32,000 nt of DNA from Micromonas pusilla (taxonomy: Eukaryota), in contig GG663738.1 of NCBI GenBank assembly GCA_000151265.1, positions 1,244,056 through 1,276,055 on the forward strand, in the 5' to 3' direction. A program made the translations under genes and the position numbers. The notes beneath the pieces are model-generated. The model did not search any database. It was not told the DNA's origin and worked only from the letters and a program-made list of their open reading frames with translations. Each line of letters opens with the position of its first letter. Within the stretch, counting starts at the first letter, position 1. Shown in pieces: positions 15,572 through 25,333 of the stretch.

Positions 15572-18081
15572 TTAGTAATCCCCGCGTCTCTCCACGAAGC
15601 TCGGGTACGTCCTCAGCCGCGCGCGGTCGAGCTCCTCCCGCAAGATCATCATGTCCTCTCTCTGCGCGGTCGCGATGTCCTCGAGTTTTCGTTGCGTCAC
15701 CATCGCGCGCATCTTCTTCTCCGCCGCGCGGGCTTTATTGTCCTTCCCCCCCGACTCCCCCGCGCGCGTCAAGCGTTGCTCTTTGACCTTGACGTACTCC
15801 GCGACAGAGTCGTCCATGGCGACCACCTGCGTGGAGATCTCGAGGTTCTGCGCTCTCTTCTCGTCCATCTTGCGCGTGATCTTCGCGAGCTCGCGCTTGC
15901 GCTCGGAGACCAAGCGCGCGTGCAGCACGCGCGCCTGCTCGAGACGCGCCTCCAGCGACGCGGTTTCGCTGAGGATCTTTTTCCCATCCGCGTCGGTCTT
16001 TTTCGACGGCTTCTCCGGCTTCGGCTTCGGCGTCTTCCCGTCGCCGATGAGAATCTTATCCAGCAGTCTTCGGTCCGCGCGCGTGAGCTGCAGCTCCTTG
16101 ATCTTCACGACCAAGTCCGCGTCCACCATCTGCAGACGCTCGTCCTCCCACTGCAGGTCGTAGATGCCTTTTTTGTACTCCTTGATCGCCTCGAGCGTCA
16201 CGAGCTTCGACGCGCCGCGCTTGTGCACAACCTCGTTCAGACGCTCGATCGTGCTGCGATGTATGAGCACGGCGTCGTCCCTCGCCGCGCGCGTGCCGTC
16301 CGCGCCGTCCGCGCCCCCGAGCTCGGGGGTGATCGCCTCGACGAGGCCTTGCTTCATCACGAGCGGCACGGCGAGGTCGTAGAGCTGATCGAACCGGCGT
16401 CTCGCGAACGCCCTCGCCTCCGCCTGGAGCGCGTCCAATTCGCTCCGCACCTCCGCGTCTTCCTCGGTTATCTTGAACAGATACCGCTGCATCTCCTCGA
16501 GCGTCGCGCGCATCGCCGCGAGCTCAGCCTCTTTCGCGATCTTACGGTCCCGGTGATCGACGAGCCGGTCCCACCACGCCTGATCGAGGCCGTCCACGGC
16601 GTCGAGCGTCGGGTCGAGCGGCTCCACCGGCGGCAGCCGCGGCTTTGGCTTCCCGCTCGACACCGGCCCGCCGAACGCGGCGTTGAAGGGGTCGTGCTGC
16701 GCGTCGCGGACGATCTTATGCGCGGCGTGGTCGCCCTCGCCGCGCCTGCCCGCGAGCGCGCCGCCGGCGAGATGGAACCCCGCGTGCGCGAACTCCTTCG
16801 CGGGCGTCTTCAAGTTTATCGACGACCGCGGCGACCGCTGCGGCGAGTGGTTCGCGTGCGCGGCGAGGGAGAGCCGCCTCGCTGCCGCGCGCAGGCTCGC
16901 CCTCGCGAGGGACTTCTTCGCGGCGCTCCCGCCGGGTGTGCCGTTCGCATTGACTCCGCGCGCGGGAGCTTTGCGGCGCCGGTACAAACCCCAGAGCGTG
17001 TCGAACAGGAGATCCGTCTCCGCGAACGCGGATTTAAAGACGCGCGTGAGCTTGTTATCCTCCGCGACGACTTCCTCGTACCGCTTCTGGCACTCGTCCA
17101 CGCGCTTGGAGAACGCGGCCACCACCGCGGCGCTCTCGACTTTCTGCGCCGCGAGATTCTCTAACGTCTCCGAGATCGTGACTTTCGTGACCTCGTCGTC
17201 GGTGAGCGCGCGCTCAGCCTCGGACGCGCACGCGACGACGTACGAGTCCAGCCGCGCGAGCTTCCCTTCCACGCCGTTGCGCTTTTCGTTGAATTCGGTC
17301 AAGGTCTCGTCCATCTTCGAGATGACCTCCTCGGTCTCCTCGCGCGTCTTCTTCAGCTCCGTGTCTAAGGTTTTGCGGCGCTTCTCGAGCTCTTCTCTCA
17401 GCGCTTTCGCTTTGAGCTCGTACTCCTTCGCGCGTTTCGTTTGAATCTCGCTCCAGTCCTCTTTCGCGACGACGCCGTAAAACTCCGGCTTCACGAGCTC
17501 CTCCATCCCGTCCGAGTCCGGGGCTTCGAGCTGGCCGTTCATCATGTCCTTCAGCGCGCGCACGGTCGGGTCGTTCGCGCCCTTCGCGCGCGCGCGCGCG
17601 GCTTCCTCCTCTGCCTCTTTCGCGCGCTTCGCTTCCTCCGCCGGGGAGAGATACTTTGGCGCGGAAATTTCGTCGTCCCTCACCTCGAGCGCGGCGCCCT
17701 CCTGCTCCTCCGTCGTCCACGCGGGCTCGAACAGCGGCGCGGTGTCGTTCGTGTGCGACTTCAGCTCGCCTCTGATTTCTTTGATCCGCGTGTTTAACTC
17801 CGCGAGCTTGTCCATGGACTTTTGCTTCACCTCGAGCATCTCCTCGAACTCGGCGTTGAACGCGCTCTTCGACTCTCTCGCCGCGAGTTGCGCGAGGAAC
17901 ATCTGCGTGATCTTCCGCCGCGGCGGGTACAGCTTGAACGGGTCGTACAGCATGTTCTCGTGGTTCTCTGGGAGTTTCATCTTCATCGCGACCGCGACGT
18001 CGACGGACGATGACATCCGCGCCGCGGGCGTCGTCGGTTCTTCGCCGCCGTCGCCGCCGTCCGCTTCGCCGCTCGGTTCGC

Positions 18082-18113
<32 letters not shown>

Positions 18114-21100
18114 GCGCCGGGGTTCGCCCCCGCGGTCGTCTTCGCGTCTTCCGCGGTGCCTTTCAAATCGAACGTAGATCTCGTGTCCAACCCGGAGTCT
18201 TTCAAGAACCGCTCCTCCATGACCTCGATCTTACGAAGGAACGACACCTTCGACGCGGTCTTCGTCGCCGCGTCGTCCTTCTTCAGCGGATAGTTTCGAA
18301 CGACGAGACCGGGAGCTTTGAACCCCAAGATCGCGCACCCGTGCGTCGCCATCGTGTCCCAGCACTCCGACTTGATCCTGTGCGCGTCGTACTCCCTCCG
18401 CAGGTTCTCCCCCATGAGCGTCGTTCGAACCTCCTCCACGCGCTCGTCCCCTTCCGCGACGAGACGCGCGTGGAACTCCGCGTCCACGATGAGCTGATCC
18501 CCCGGGATGCGTTCGAGCTCGTCCGCCGCCGCGTTCCGCGCGATCGTGTCCTCCAGGCGCTTCTTCAGGTCGTCCACCTTGGCTCGCATCTTCGCCTTCG
18601 CGGAGGCGATCTTCTCGTCGCCGTCGCCCGCGTGCATCGCGGCGCCTTTCGACGCCGCCACCGCGGCGGCGACGAGCGTCGGCTCGGAGGCGTCGTCAGG
18701 CGCGTCCTGCGCGACGTCCCCGACCAGGTCGACGTGGAGCTCTCCGAGTGCGTCGTCGTCGACGTGTAAGAACCTGCCCTCCAGGCCTTTCACGGCGGAG
18801 ATCGCGACGGACCCGTCGACGCCGACGCTCGCGAGGAGTTCCCCCGGCACGCGCGCGAGGTCGACGCACCCGCCGTCAATTTTCGTCCGCGTCGACGTGT
18901 CGCCGTGGACGACGCGGGTGAACAGCCTGCCTCCGCTGCAGTCCCACCCTTTCCACACCGTGATCCGGCCGTCCGCGCCGCCAATCACCGTCTTATCTTG
19001 TCTCGTGATGACCTGCTTCCCAAACTTCGTCATCGGAATCGTGCTCAACGCCTCTAACGCCTTGCCTTTACCGCCGACCCAATCCGACGCCTTCGAAGAG
19101 AGTTCATACGTCCGGATTTTACCATCCGCGCCGAGGCCGATGACCCTCCCCGCGGCCGTCAGCGACGACTCGACCGCGGTGAGCGGCGTGTCGATCTTCA
19201 CGCTGGCGATGTCGCCCTTGACGAACACGCCCGCCGCGGAGCCATCGTCCATGAAAAACCCCGCGCCGATCTGCCCGGGTTTGTGACCCAACGGCGGAGG
19301 CACGATTTTCGTGATGTACCCTCCCTCGCCGGAGACTATGACTTGGCCGGATCCCGAACACGAGAGCGACATCGCGGGGTACGGAATCGTGACGTACCCC
19401 ATGACGTGCGCGGTCGCGGAGTTCATCTTCGGATTCACGACCTCGATGAAGCACAGCTCGTTCCCTTTCGCCGCGGCGATGATCGTGCCATCCCCGTTCA
19501 TGTCCATGCTATCCACCTGGCCCTCGAAGAGCTTCACTCGCAAGATCAACGACGGCGGCGTGCTGCCGTGGCTGCATCTGAAGACTCTCACGACGCCGCC
19601 CGTGGACGCGACGGCGAGGCATTGACAAACATCCGGCGACCCGTTCGCGAGCGCGGTCACCGCGCTGCCGATCGCGCGTTTCCACGCGCAGCCGCCGGTC
19701 GCGAGGTCCCATCCTCGGACGTACCCGTCGACGCCGCACGTCACGATGACTTTACCCCCGGACATCGCACCGACGCCCGTGGCTCGGCCATAGTGGTAGT
19801 CCCCGATTTTCACGACCTCGATCGGGGATGGGGACGGGGACGGCGCCGAGGCTTCCGCGGGGGCGGCGGCCGCCGCCGCCGCCGTCGCCGCCCCCTCCTC
19901 CTCCTCGCCGCCCTCCGGCTCCTTCACCGGCGTCAGCGGCGCGTCGCCGTCGCCGCCGCCGTCCTCCCCCGTCCCCGCGACATCCGCCGCCGCCGCCGTC
20001 TCCGTCTCCTCCGACGTGATCGCGCCCGTGATGTTCGCCAAGTACAGACCGCACTCCGCGGTGCTCACGACGGCTTGATCAAACCGCGGGCTCCGCTCCA
20101 CGGAGACGACGTCCTCGCCATCGCCCCCGGGGAGCGGCACCGTCCGCGTCGGCTTCACCCGCGTCGACGCCGTCGCGTCGTCGAAGTGCGGGTACACGCG
20201 TAAGACGCCGTCGCCGCCGCCGCCGACGAAGACGTGCTCCTTCGTGAAGGCGAACGCGCGCGTCGGGCCCGCGCCGCCGTCCACCGCGGACGCCGATCTC
20301 GACGTCACCTCCCCGGTCTTCGCGTCCACGATCAACACCCCGCCCAGGCTCGTGCCGACGTACGCGTTCCCGCTCGGCGACCACGCCGCGCCGGTCAGCG
20401 ACGTGGGGTTCACCCCGACGTCTTCCGATCGAATCGCGACGCGTCTGATGAGATACGTCTCGAACACCTTGTCGACGATCGTGACGGACACCCCGGGGAC
20501 GTCGCCGCTCGCGGCGCCCGCCGCGTCCGCGTGCGTCGCGATGAGCTCGTACGCGTTGAAAGGGTTAAACGCGAGCGCGGAGGCGTCGTACGGCAGCGAC
20601 GTCGTGACGATTTCGTCGCCGGTGCGCGGGTCTATCACGCGGAGTTCCAAGTCGGGAACCGCGGACGCGATCGCGAGGAATTTTCCATCGCGCGAGAACG
20701 CGAGCGCGCTGACGCGCGCGCGCGCGACGTTCGGTATCGAGCGCACGAACGCGGACGGGGCGTCCAGGTCGTGGATGTGAACCGTCGGGGCCGTGTCCTT
20801 CGTCGCGTACGCGACGAGGCCGCCGTTCGACTCCGTCGTCGCGAGGCACGAGATCCCCCCGCCCGCGCCGAAGAGCAAGCGCGCGTCGCCCTTCTCCGCG
20901 TCGCTGAACCGGAGCGCGTTCCCTGCGATCGTGACCTGAGATTTCAGCGAGGGAGGGGTGAGGGTGTCAGCGAGAGCGACGACGCGAGGGGTCGAAGGCG
21001 TTCGTTGTTTATGGAGAGGACGCGCGACGGGAAGGGTTCCGCCCGTCGCTGCGCATCATTTATTTCGTTTCAGGCGGGCCAATTTAGGAACGGGCGTCTC

Positions 21101-21204
21101 ACCAGCGTCCTCGCGTCCGCGTACGAGACCTGCCCGGGGACGACGCCGTAGATGTCCTTCACGTGCAGGAGCTCCGTCGCGGCGATGTCATTCTTATTCG
21201 CCAT
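15572..21204 (-). CDS. Large WD40/beta-propeller plus coiled-coil protein, CFAP43/CFAP44-like (flagellar); exons 21204-21103 and 20935-15572 (1821 aa); an alternative upstream ATG lies at 21345
   Basis: The N-terminal half has WD-like blades (VRGWDLATG, GKIRTYEL, GRITVWKGWD). The C-terminal roughly 900 aa is E/K/R/A-rich heptad-like coiled coil. This architecture and size match the CFAP43/44 family. The track start at 20878 is TTG inside an open frame. The coding call is strong; the family call is moderate. Confidence 0.75.
18084..18112. repeat. (GCGTCG)n hexanucleotide repeat inside the CFAP-like CDS (ADADADADA peptide)
   Basis: Four and a half units read directly. Confidence 0.85.
20936..21102 (-). 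other. Intron 1 of the CFAP-like gene (167 nt, phase 0)
   Basis: Exon 1 reads MANKNDIAATELLHVKDIYGVVPGQVSYADARTL. Donor CTG|GTGAGA, branch CGCTGACAC, pyrimidine tract CCCTCACCCCTCCCTCGC, and acceptor TCTCAG|GTC. The frame continues VTIAGNALRFSDAEKGDARLLFGAGGG. Confidence 0.6.
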
Positions 21205-21388
21205 CGCGCCCGGCGTGAGGAGCGGCGCGTCGACGGCGACCTCTCCTCCGCTCCGCGCGTCGAACTCTGCCCTCCTCGATGGGGATGAAAGGGAGAGATG
21301 CGAGAGACCAGCCCTGATCGTTCTGCTGGTATCGGAAACACGCATGTTGATATTTCTTGTTTTCACCTGACTCGTCACTACCACATTC

Positions 21389-21590
21389 GCCTCTTTAGCA
21401 CAGTCGGCAGTGCGTCGGTCTCATAACAAACCACAAGACTAATTGCTCATACGTGAGTAATAACTAAATCTGCCGCTGGGGAATCCCAGCACACAGGCGA
21501 AGTTTCCTACCTATCCCGCGTACGATGCGGGTCCTCGTCAAGTTTACTTGAGTTATCCGGAGGTCATGAGTTCAATCCTCATAGGAGGCA
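21389..21590 (+). tRNA. trnM-CAU: Elongator tRNA-Met (anticodon CAT) with a 129-nt intron at the canonical 37/38 position; exons 21389-21425 and 21555-21590
   Basis: Acceptor stem GCCTCTT/AGGAGGC (one G-U pair). D arm GCAC-AGTCGGCA-GTGC. Anticodon stem TCGGT/TCCGG with loop CTCATAA. Variable loop AGGTC. T arm ATGAG-TTCAATC-CTCAT. Discriminator A. The exons sum to 73 nt. Confidence 0.85.
21426..21554 (+). other. tRNA-Met intron (129 nt), AT-richer than its surroundings and containing internal hairpins
   Basis: Removing exactly this segment restores the cloverleaf. Hairpins are CTGGG-GAAT-CCCAG (21476-21489) and CCCGC-N7-GCGGG (21515-21531). TGAG at 21549-21552 is complementary to CTCA of the anticodon loop. 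Confidence 0.75.
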
Positions 21591-21598
21591 TAGGTTCA

Positions 21599-21604
21599 TT
21601 TTTT
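21599..21604 (+). terminator. T6 run, a likely RNA polymerase III terminator for the tRNA gene
   Basis: tttttt begins 9 nt after the discriminator base. Confidence 0.6.
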
Positions 21605-22075
21605 GTGCATTTAACCACGGGATCATCGTCTACATGATGTAAGGAACCTCTCCACAAAGTTTCAGGTCAATCGGAGCAGTTTGGAGGCGGTGGCGGTCGC
21701 GTCAACGTCGAGAATGGTGCATGTCTAGAAAAAAAACGGCGGCGGCGCCGGCAGGTCGTTCCCAGAGGTTGAGACGTCTTTTTGCGTTATTTCGCGCCCT
21801 CGGCGAGCACACGGTCGTCCGCGCGATGCCAACGGACCTCTCCGTCTCGAGCGGTCTCGAGGCGGCGGCGGTCGCTTCGTCGTTCGTTGCACGCGCGCAT
21901 GTTATCTCGTTCGCGCCAAAAAAATGGACACCGCCAAAATTTTTATTTTTGGCTCACTGCTGAGCGAATAAGGGTTTCCCCTCGCGGGGCGCGATCGGTC
22001 GGCACAACGACGACGCGCGCCGCGCACGCACGGACGGACCGGAGCTCGAACCGTCGTCTCGTCGCCGCGTCCGCG

Positions 22076-22708
22076 ATGCTGCGCGGCACCGTCCACGCGC
22101 TGTGCCGGTCGCTCGCCCGTCGCGGGGACGCGCGGGGTGCCCTCGGCGACGCCCTCGGCGGGGGGGAATCCGCGCGGGCGGGGTGGAGGTGGACGATCGC
22201 TCTCGACGCCCGCGGCGCCGGGTTCGCGACCAGCAGCGCGGGCGGCGACGGCGACGGCGGCGACGGCACGGACGCGTCGCAGCCGGTCATAGGCGCGGAG
22301 TCGAAAGACGCGTGGCCGGAGCGGCGGCGACTGTGGAACGAAGAGCTGAACGAGCTGAGAGTGCAGTGGAGGAAAGAGTTCGAAGAGGCGGAGGCGAAAG
22401 AACGCGAGCGCCTGCGGTTGATGCAGATCAAGTTGGAGAAGGAAGTCGCGGAACGGCGGCGGCTCAAAGCGATCCGCCGCGCGGAGGCGCTGCGTCTCGA
22501 GGCGATCCGTCAGGAGAAGGACCGGAAGAGGATCGAACGGCGGGAGAGACTCGTGGACCACAAGCGGCAGCAGAAGATGTTTTCTAATCATCTGCGAGCC
22601 GCCGCGCGCGAGGAGCATCTCCTGCGGCAGTCGCGGAACTGGGTTCTTAGGGAGCACTTAGACGCGAGGATAGATCACGAGCTCGCGAACCCGGTGGAGA
22701 TGTGGTGA
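22076..22708 (+). CDS. Mitochondrial-presequence-bearing coiled-coil protein, possibly mitoribosomal mS26-like
   Basis: The first GC3-rich in-frame ATG is at 22076 (MLRGTVHALCRSLARRG). The body is a charged coiled coil. RRRLWNEELNELRVQW and the C-terminal NWVLREHLDARIDHELANP resemble human MRPS26 segments (ELMAWNQAENRRLHELR and NFITRENLEARVEAALDSR) as I recall them. The function call is weak. Confidence 0.55.
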   Translation: MLRGTVHALCRSLARRGDARGALGDALGGGESARAGWRWTIALDARGAGFATSSAGGDGDGGDGTDASQPVIGAESKDAWPERRRLWNEELNELRVQWRKEFEEAEAKERERLRLMQIKLEKEVAERRRLKAIRRAEALRLEAIRQEKDRKRIERRERLVDHKRQQKMFSNHLRAAAREEHLLRQSRNWVLREHLDARIDHELANPVEMW

Positions 22709-22908
22709 TCGCGTGATCGCGTTTGTTTAGAACGAGCGTTGTACACGCAACGTACCAGTGCATGGGAATAAAAATCTTTCTCGGACTGCCTCCGCGCGTG
22801 AAACTTCGAAAAGAACGCGTCGCCGTCTCCGATCACACTCACGCGGCGCCCCCACCGCGTCCAGTGCGCGAGGTTTCCCTCCCGCGCGTCGCCAGTCCCT
22901 CGCGCGCG

Positions 22909-23007
22909 ATGGCGTCTTTCGCGCTCGCCCGCGCTTGCCCCGCGGCGGTCGCTCGCGCGACCGCGCCCGCGCGCGATCGGCGCGGCAGATCCGAGCCGTT
23001 CGCGCTC

Positions 23008-23050
<43 letters not shown>

Positions 23051-24075
23051 CGGTCCCGACGTCCGCGTCCCTTCGCTCGCGTGCGCTGAGCACGCGTGCG
23101 CTGAGCACGCGTGCGCTGAGCACGTCGTCGCGAACCCGCGGCGCGGTGACCGCGTCCGCGTCGTCCGCGACCGCGTCGCCGTCGAGCGGGGACGGCGACG
23201 CGAAAGACTTCAAAGACTGGCTGGAGACGTTCCGCAAGGCGAAGTGGGACGAAGCCCCGAAGTCGTGGCGGGAGTTCATGGCCACGAAAGTCGCCGCCGC
23301 GGTCGTGGAAGTCGACGTCGCGAACGACCGCGTGAACGCGAAAGAGGTGGAGGGGATCGGTCTGAACGTCCCGAAGGACGGCGCGGAGGCGAAGGAGCGC
23401 GTGAAGAGCAATCTCATTTACTACCGCCAAAACTACGCCATCGTCGTGGCGTCCTACGTCGCGATCGCGCAGCTGTTCGTGAAGCCGGCGATGACGCTGT
23501 GCGTGCTGTGCTTGGGCGCCGCCGCGGCGTGCGCGAGCGATACGCTGCTCGGCGAGCTCGCGCTCGCGTCGAAGGACAAGCTGAAATGGAACGCGAAAGT
23601 CGTCGCCGGCGTGGACCGGACTCAGGCGCGACAGGCGCTGCTCGTCATCGCCGGGATCGGCGCGCTCACGTCGCTGAAATACTCGTGGGGGTACCTCATC
23701 ATGAACGTCGTGTACGGCATCGCGCTGTCGCTGACGCACGCGATCCTTCGGCCGATCGATTTGAAGTCGACGCTGAGTAACTTGTGGAGAGACGTGAAAA
23801 ACGTCGCGACGAAGGAAGAAGCCGCGGCGGCGGCGAAGAAGGCGGTGAAAGGGATGAAGTCCTGGTGGAGCAACCGACGACCGAACGAGCCGACGCCCGT
23901 GGTCGTCGCGGTGAAGGACGATCCGATGAACCCGGGGGGCTTCCAAGACGCGGCGAGGAACGCGGCGCGGCGGCAGCGCGAGCAGAGGGAGAGAGAGAAC
24001 GACGGCGCGGTGGACGCGGATGGGTGGACGAAGGCGGACTCGAGAGGGGAGCTCCCGCCGCCGAGCAAGCGATGA
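22909..24075 (+). CDS. PRA1-family (prenylated Rab acceptor) membrane protein with a long N-terminal extension
   Basis: SWREFM...PKDGAEAKERVKSNLIYYRQNYAIV followed by hydrophobic segments is the PRA1 signature. The ATG is at 22909; the track start at 22723 is TTG. The N-terminus contains T12 and a 3x RALST repeat. Confidence 0.8.
23011..23046. repeat. (ACG)12 microsatellite encoding poly-Thr
   Basis: Twelve perfect units by direct reading. Confidence 0.95.
23079..23123. repeat. 3 x 15-bp perfect tandem repeat (gcgtgcgctgagcac), giving the RALSTRALSTRALST peptide
   Basis: Direct reading; the units are 23079-23093, 23094-23108 and 23109-23123. Confidence 0.95.
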
Positions 24076-24090
24076 GCGAGCGAGTAGCGT

Positions 24091-24125
24091 TCGTCTCGTC
24101 TCGTCTCGTCTCGTCTCGTTTCGTT
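24091..24125. repeat. (TCGTC)5 plus two TCGTT variants, a pentanucleotide repeat in the convergent 3' spacer
   Basis: Direct reading. Confidence 0.9.
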
Positions 24126-24198
24126 GTTAAGTAAGCTTACTGTAGTTACGAGTGAGGTCACGCGCTCACCGCGCGGGCTGGCTGGGCGGTCGGTCTCG

Positions 24199-25026
24199 TC
24201 ACAGCTCAACCTTCTTCTTCTTCTTCTCGTTCTTCAGATCTTCCTTCGCCGCCTCGTTCTTCAGCTCTTCCCCATCATCGTCGTCCTTCCGCGGGTCGTA
24301 CGGCAGCTTCCTGATCGTGAACGCGTGCGCGTGCTTGCTCGGCTTCGGCTTCGGGATGTACACCCCCTCCGTGGCGAACCACAGGTTGTTGTTGTTCTTG
24401 CTCTTCGCGCCGCAGACTTCAAACTGCCCGGCGATCGGCCTTCCAAACTTTTGGTCGTGCGAGTGCAAGATCACGCCCGTGCTGACGTGTATCAGCCGCA
24501 TCTTCTTATCCTTCTTCCACACCGTCTCCCCAGCGCTGAGCTCGATCTTCCAGTTATCGTCCGAGTTCGAGTCCTCCGGGGTATCCCCGTCCCCTCGCGT
24601 GCCGTACGCGCTCACCTCTTGGTTCCCGGTGATGGGCGACTTATGCAGATGCGAGTGCAGCCACTTCTTCGTGTTGATATGAAGCAAGCGAACGATCGCG
24701 CCGTTCGCGATCTCGGTCCCGAATCTGCACGGCTCCGCCCCGTGCGCGTGGAGGACTTGCCAGTACGAGTTCGCGTCCGTGGTCTCCGGGAAGCCGGTCA
24801 CGGATTGTTGCCCGCTGCCGCTGCCGTAGGCGATGTCGTGCGAGTGCAGCCGCGCTTTCGTCCCCGAGTGCTGGAGCTTGATCGTGCTCCCGCACGTCAC
24901 GCCCTCGTAGTCCGCGGCGTCGACGTTGGCCGGGTCGTCGTCGTCGTCGTCCCACGCGAACGCTGGGGTTGCGAAGAGCGCGAGGACGCAGGCGACCGCG
25001 GTCAGAAAAAGCGCCGATCGCCTCAT
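24199..25026 (-). CDS. SDF2: SDF2-like ER-lumenal protein with three MIR motifs, a signal peptide and a Lys-rich C-terminal tail
   Basis: MRRSALFLTAVACVLALFATPAFA signal peptide. GSTIKLQHSGTKARLHSHDIAYGSGSGQQSVTGFP, VRLLHINTKKWLHSHLHKSPITGNQEVS and RLIHVSTGVILHSHDQKF appear collinear with plant SDF2. The ATG is at 25024-25026; the 425-aa track ORF is an upstream read-through. Confidence 0.9.
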   Translation of the reverse strand: MRRSALFLTAVACVLALFATPAFAWDDDDDDPANVDAADYEGVTCGSTIKLQHSGTKARLHSHDIAYGSGSGQQSVTGFPETTDANSYWQVLHAHGAEPCRFGTEIANGAIVRLLHINTKKWLHSHLHKSPITGNQEVSAYGTRGDGDTPEDSNSDDNWKIELSAGETVWKKDKKMRLIHVSTGVILHSHDQKFGRPIAGQFEVCGAKSKNNNNLWFATEGVYIPKPKPSKHAHAFTIRKLPYDPRKDDDDGEELKNEAAKEDLKNEKKKKKVEL

Positions 25027-25333
25027 TTCCTTCGTCGTTCTTCCTCCTCGGCGCGGGCGGGCGTCCTCTCGAGTGATGCGCGCGCGCGGTGAGACGATCA
25101 CGCGCGGATCACGCTCGCGGCGATCTCCGAAGAGACTAGGGCGTCGGTCGTGGGCGTCGACGGCGCCTCGCGCGCGTGCGTGTGCCGCGCCGTCGCGTCG
25201 AACGAGAGTCGAACGAGGTCGCCTCGAATTGTGTCGGCGACTGGACGTGGAGCGACCAGACAGAACGACGCGTGGCTGAAAAAAACCCTTATCGCACCAC
25301 AAGCCACGCGCGCCCGCCTCCGTCGCACGCGCG
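25027..25333. promoter_or_regulatory. 307-bp divergent spacer between SDF2-like and AlaRS, putative bidirectional promoter
   Basis: Positional inference only. Confidence 0.35.

Noticed and set aside
21721-21963. 80-aa ATG-initiated ORF between the tRNA gene and the mS26-like gene
   Set aside because: Its codon usage is atypical for this genome, with many A/T-ending codons (tct aga aaa aaa, tta ttt). It has no motif and runs into an AT-rich promoter-like stretch.
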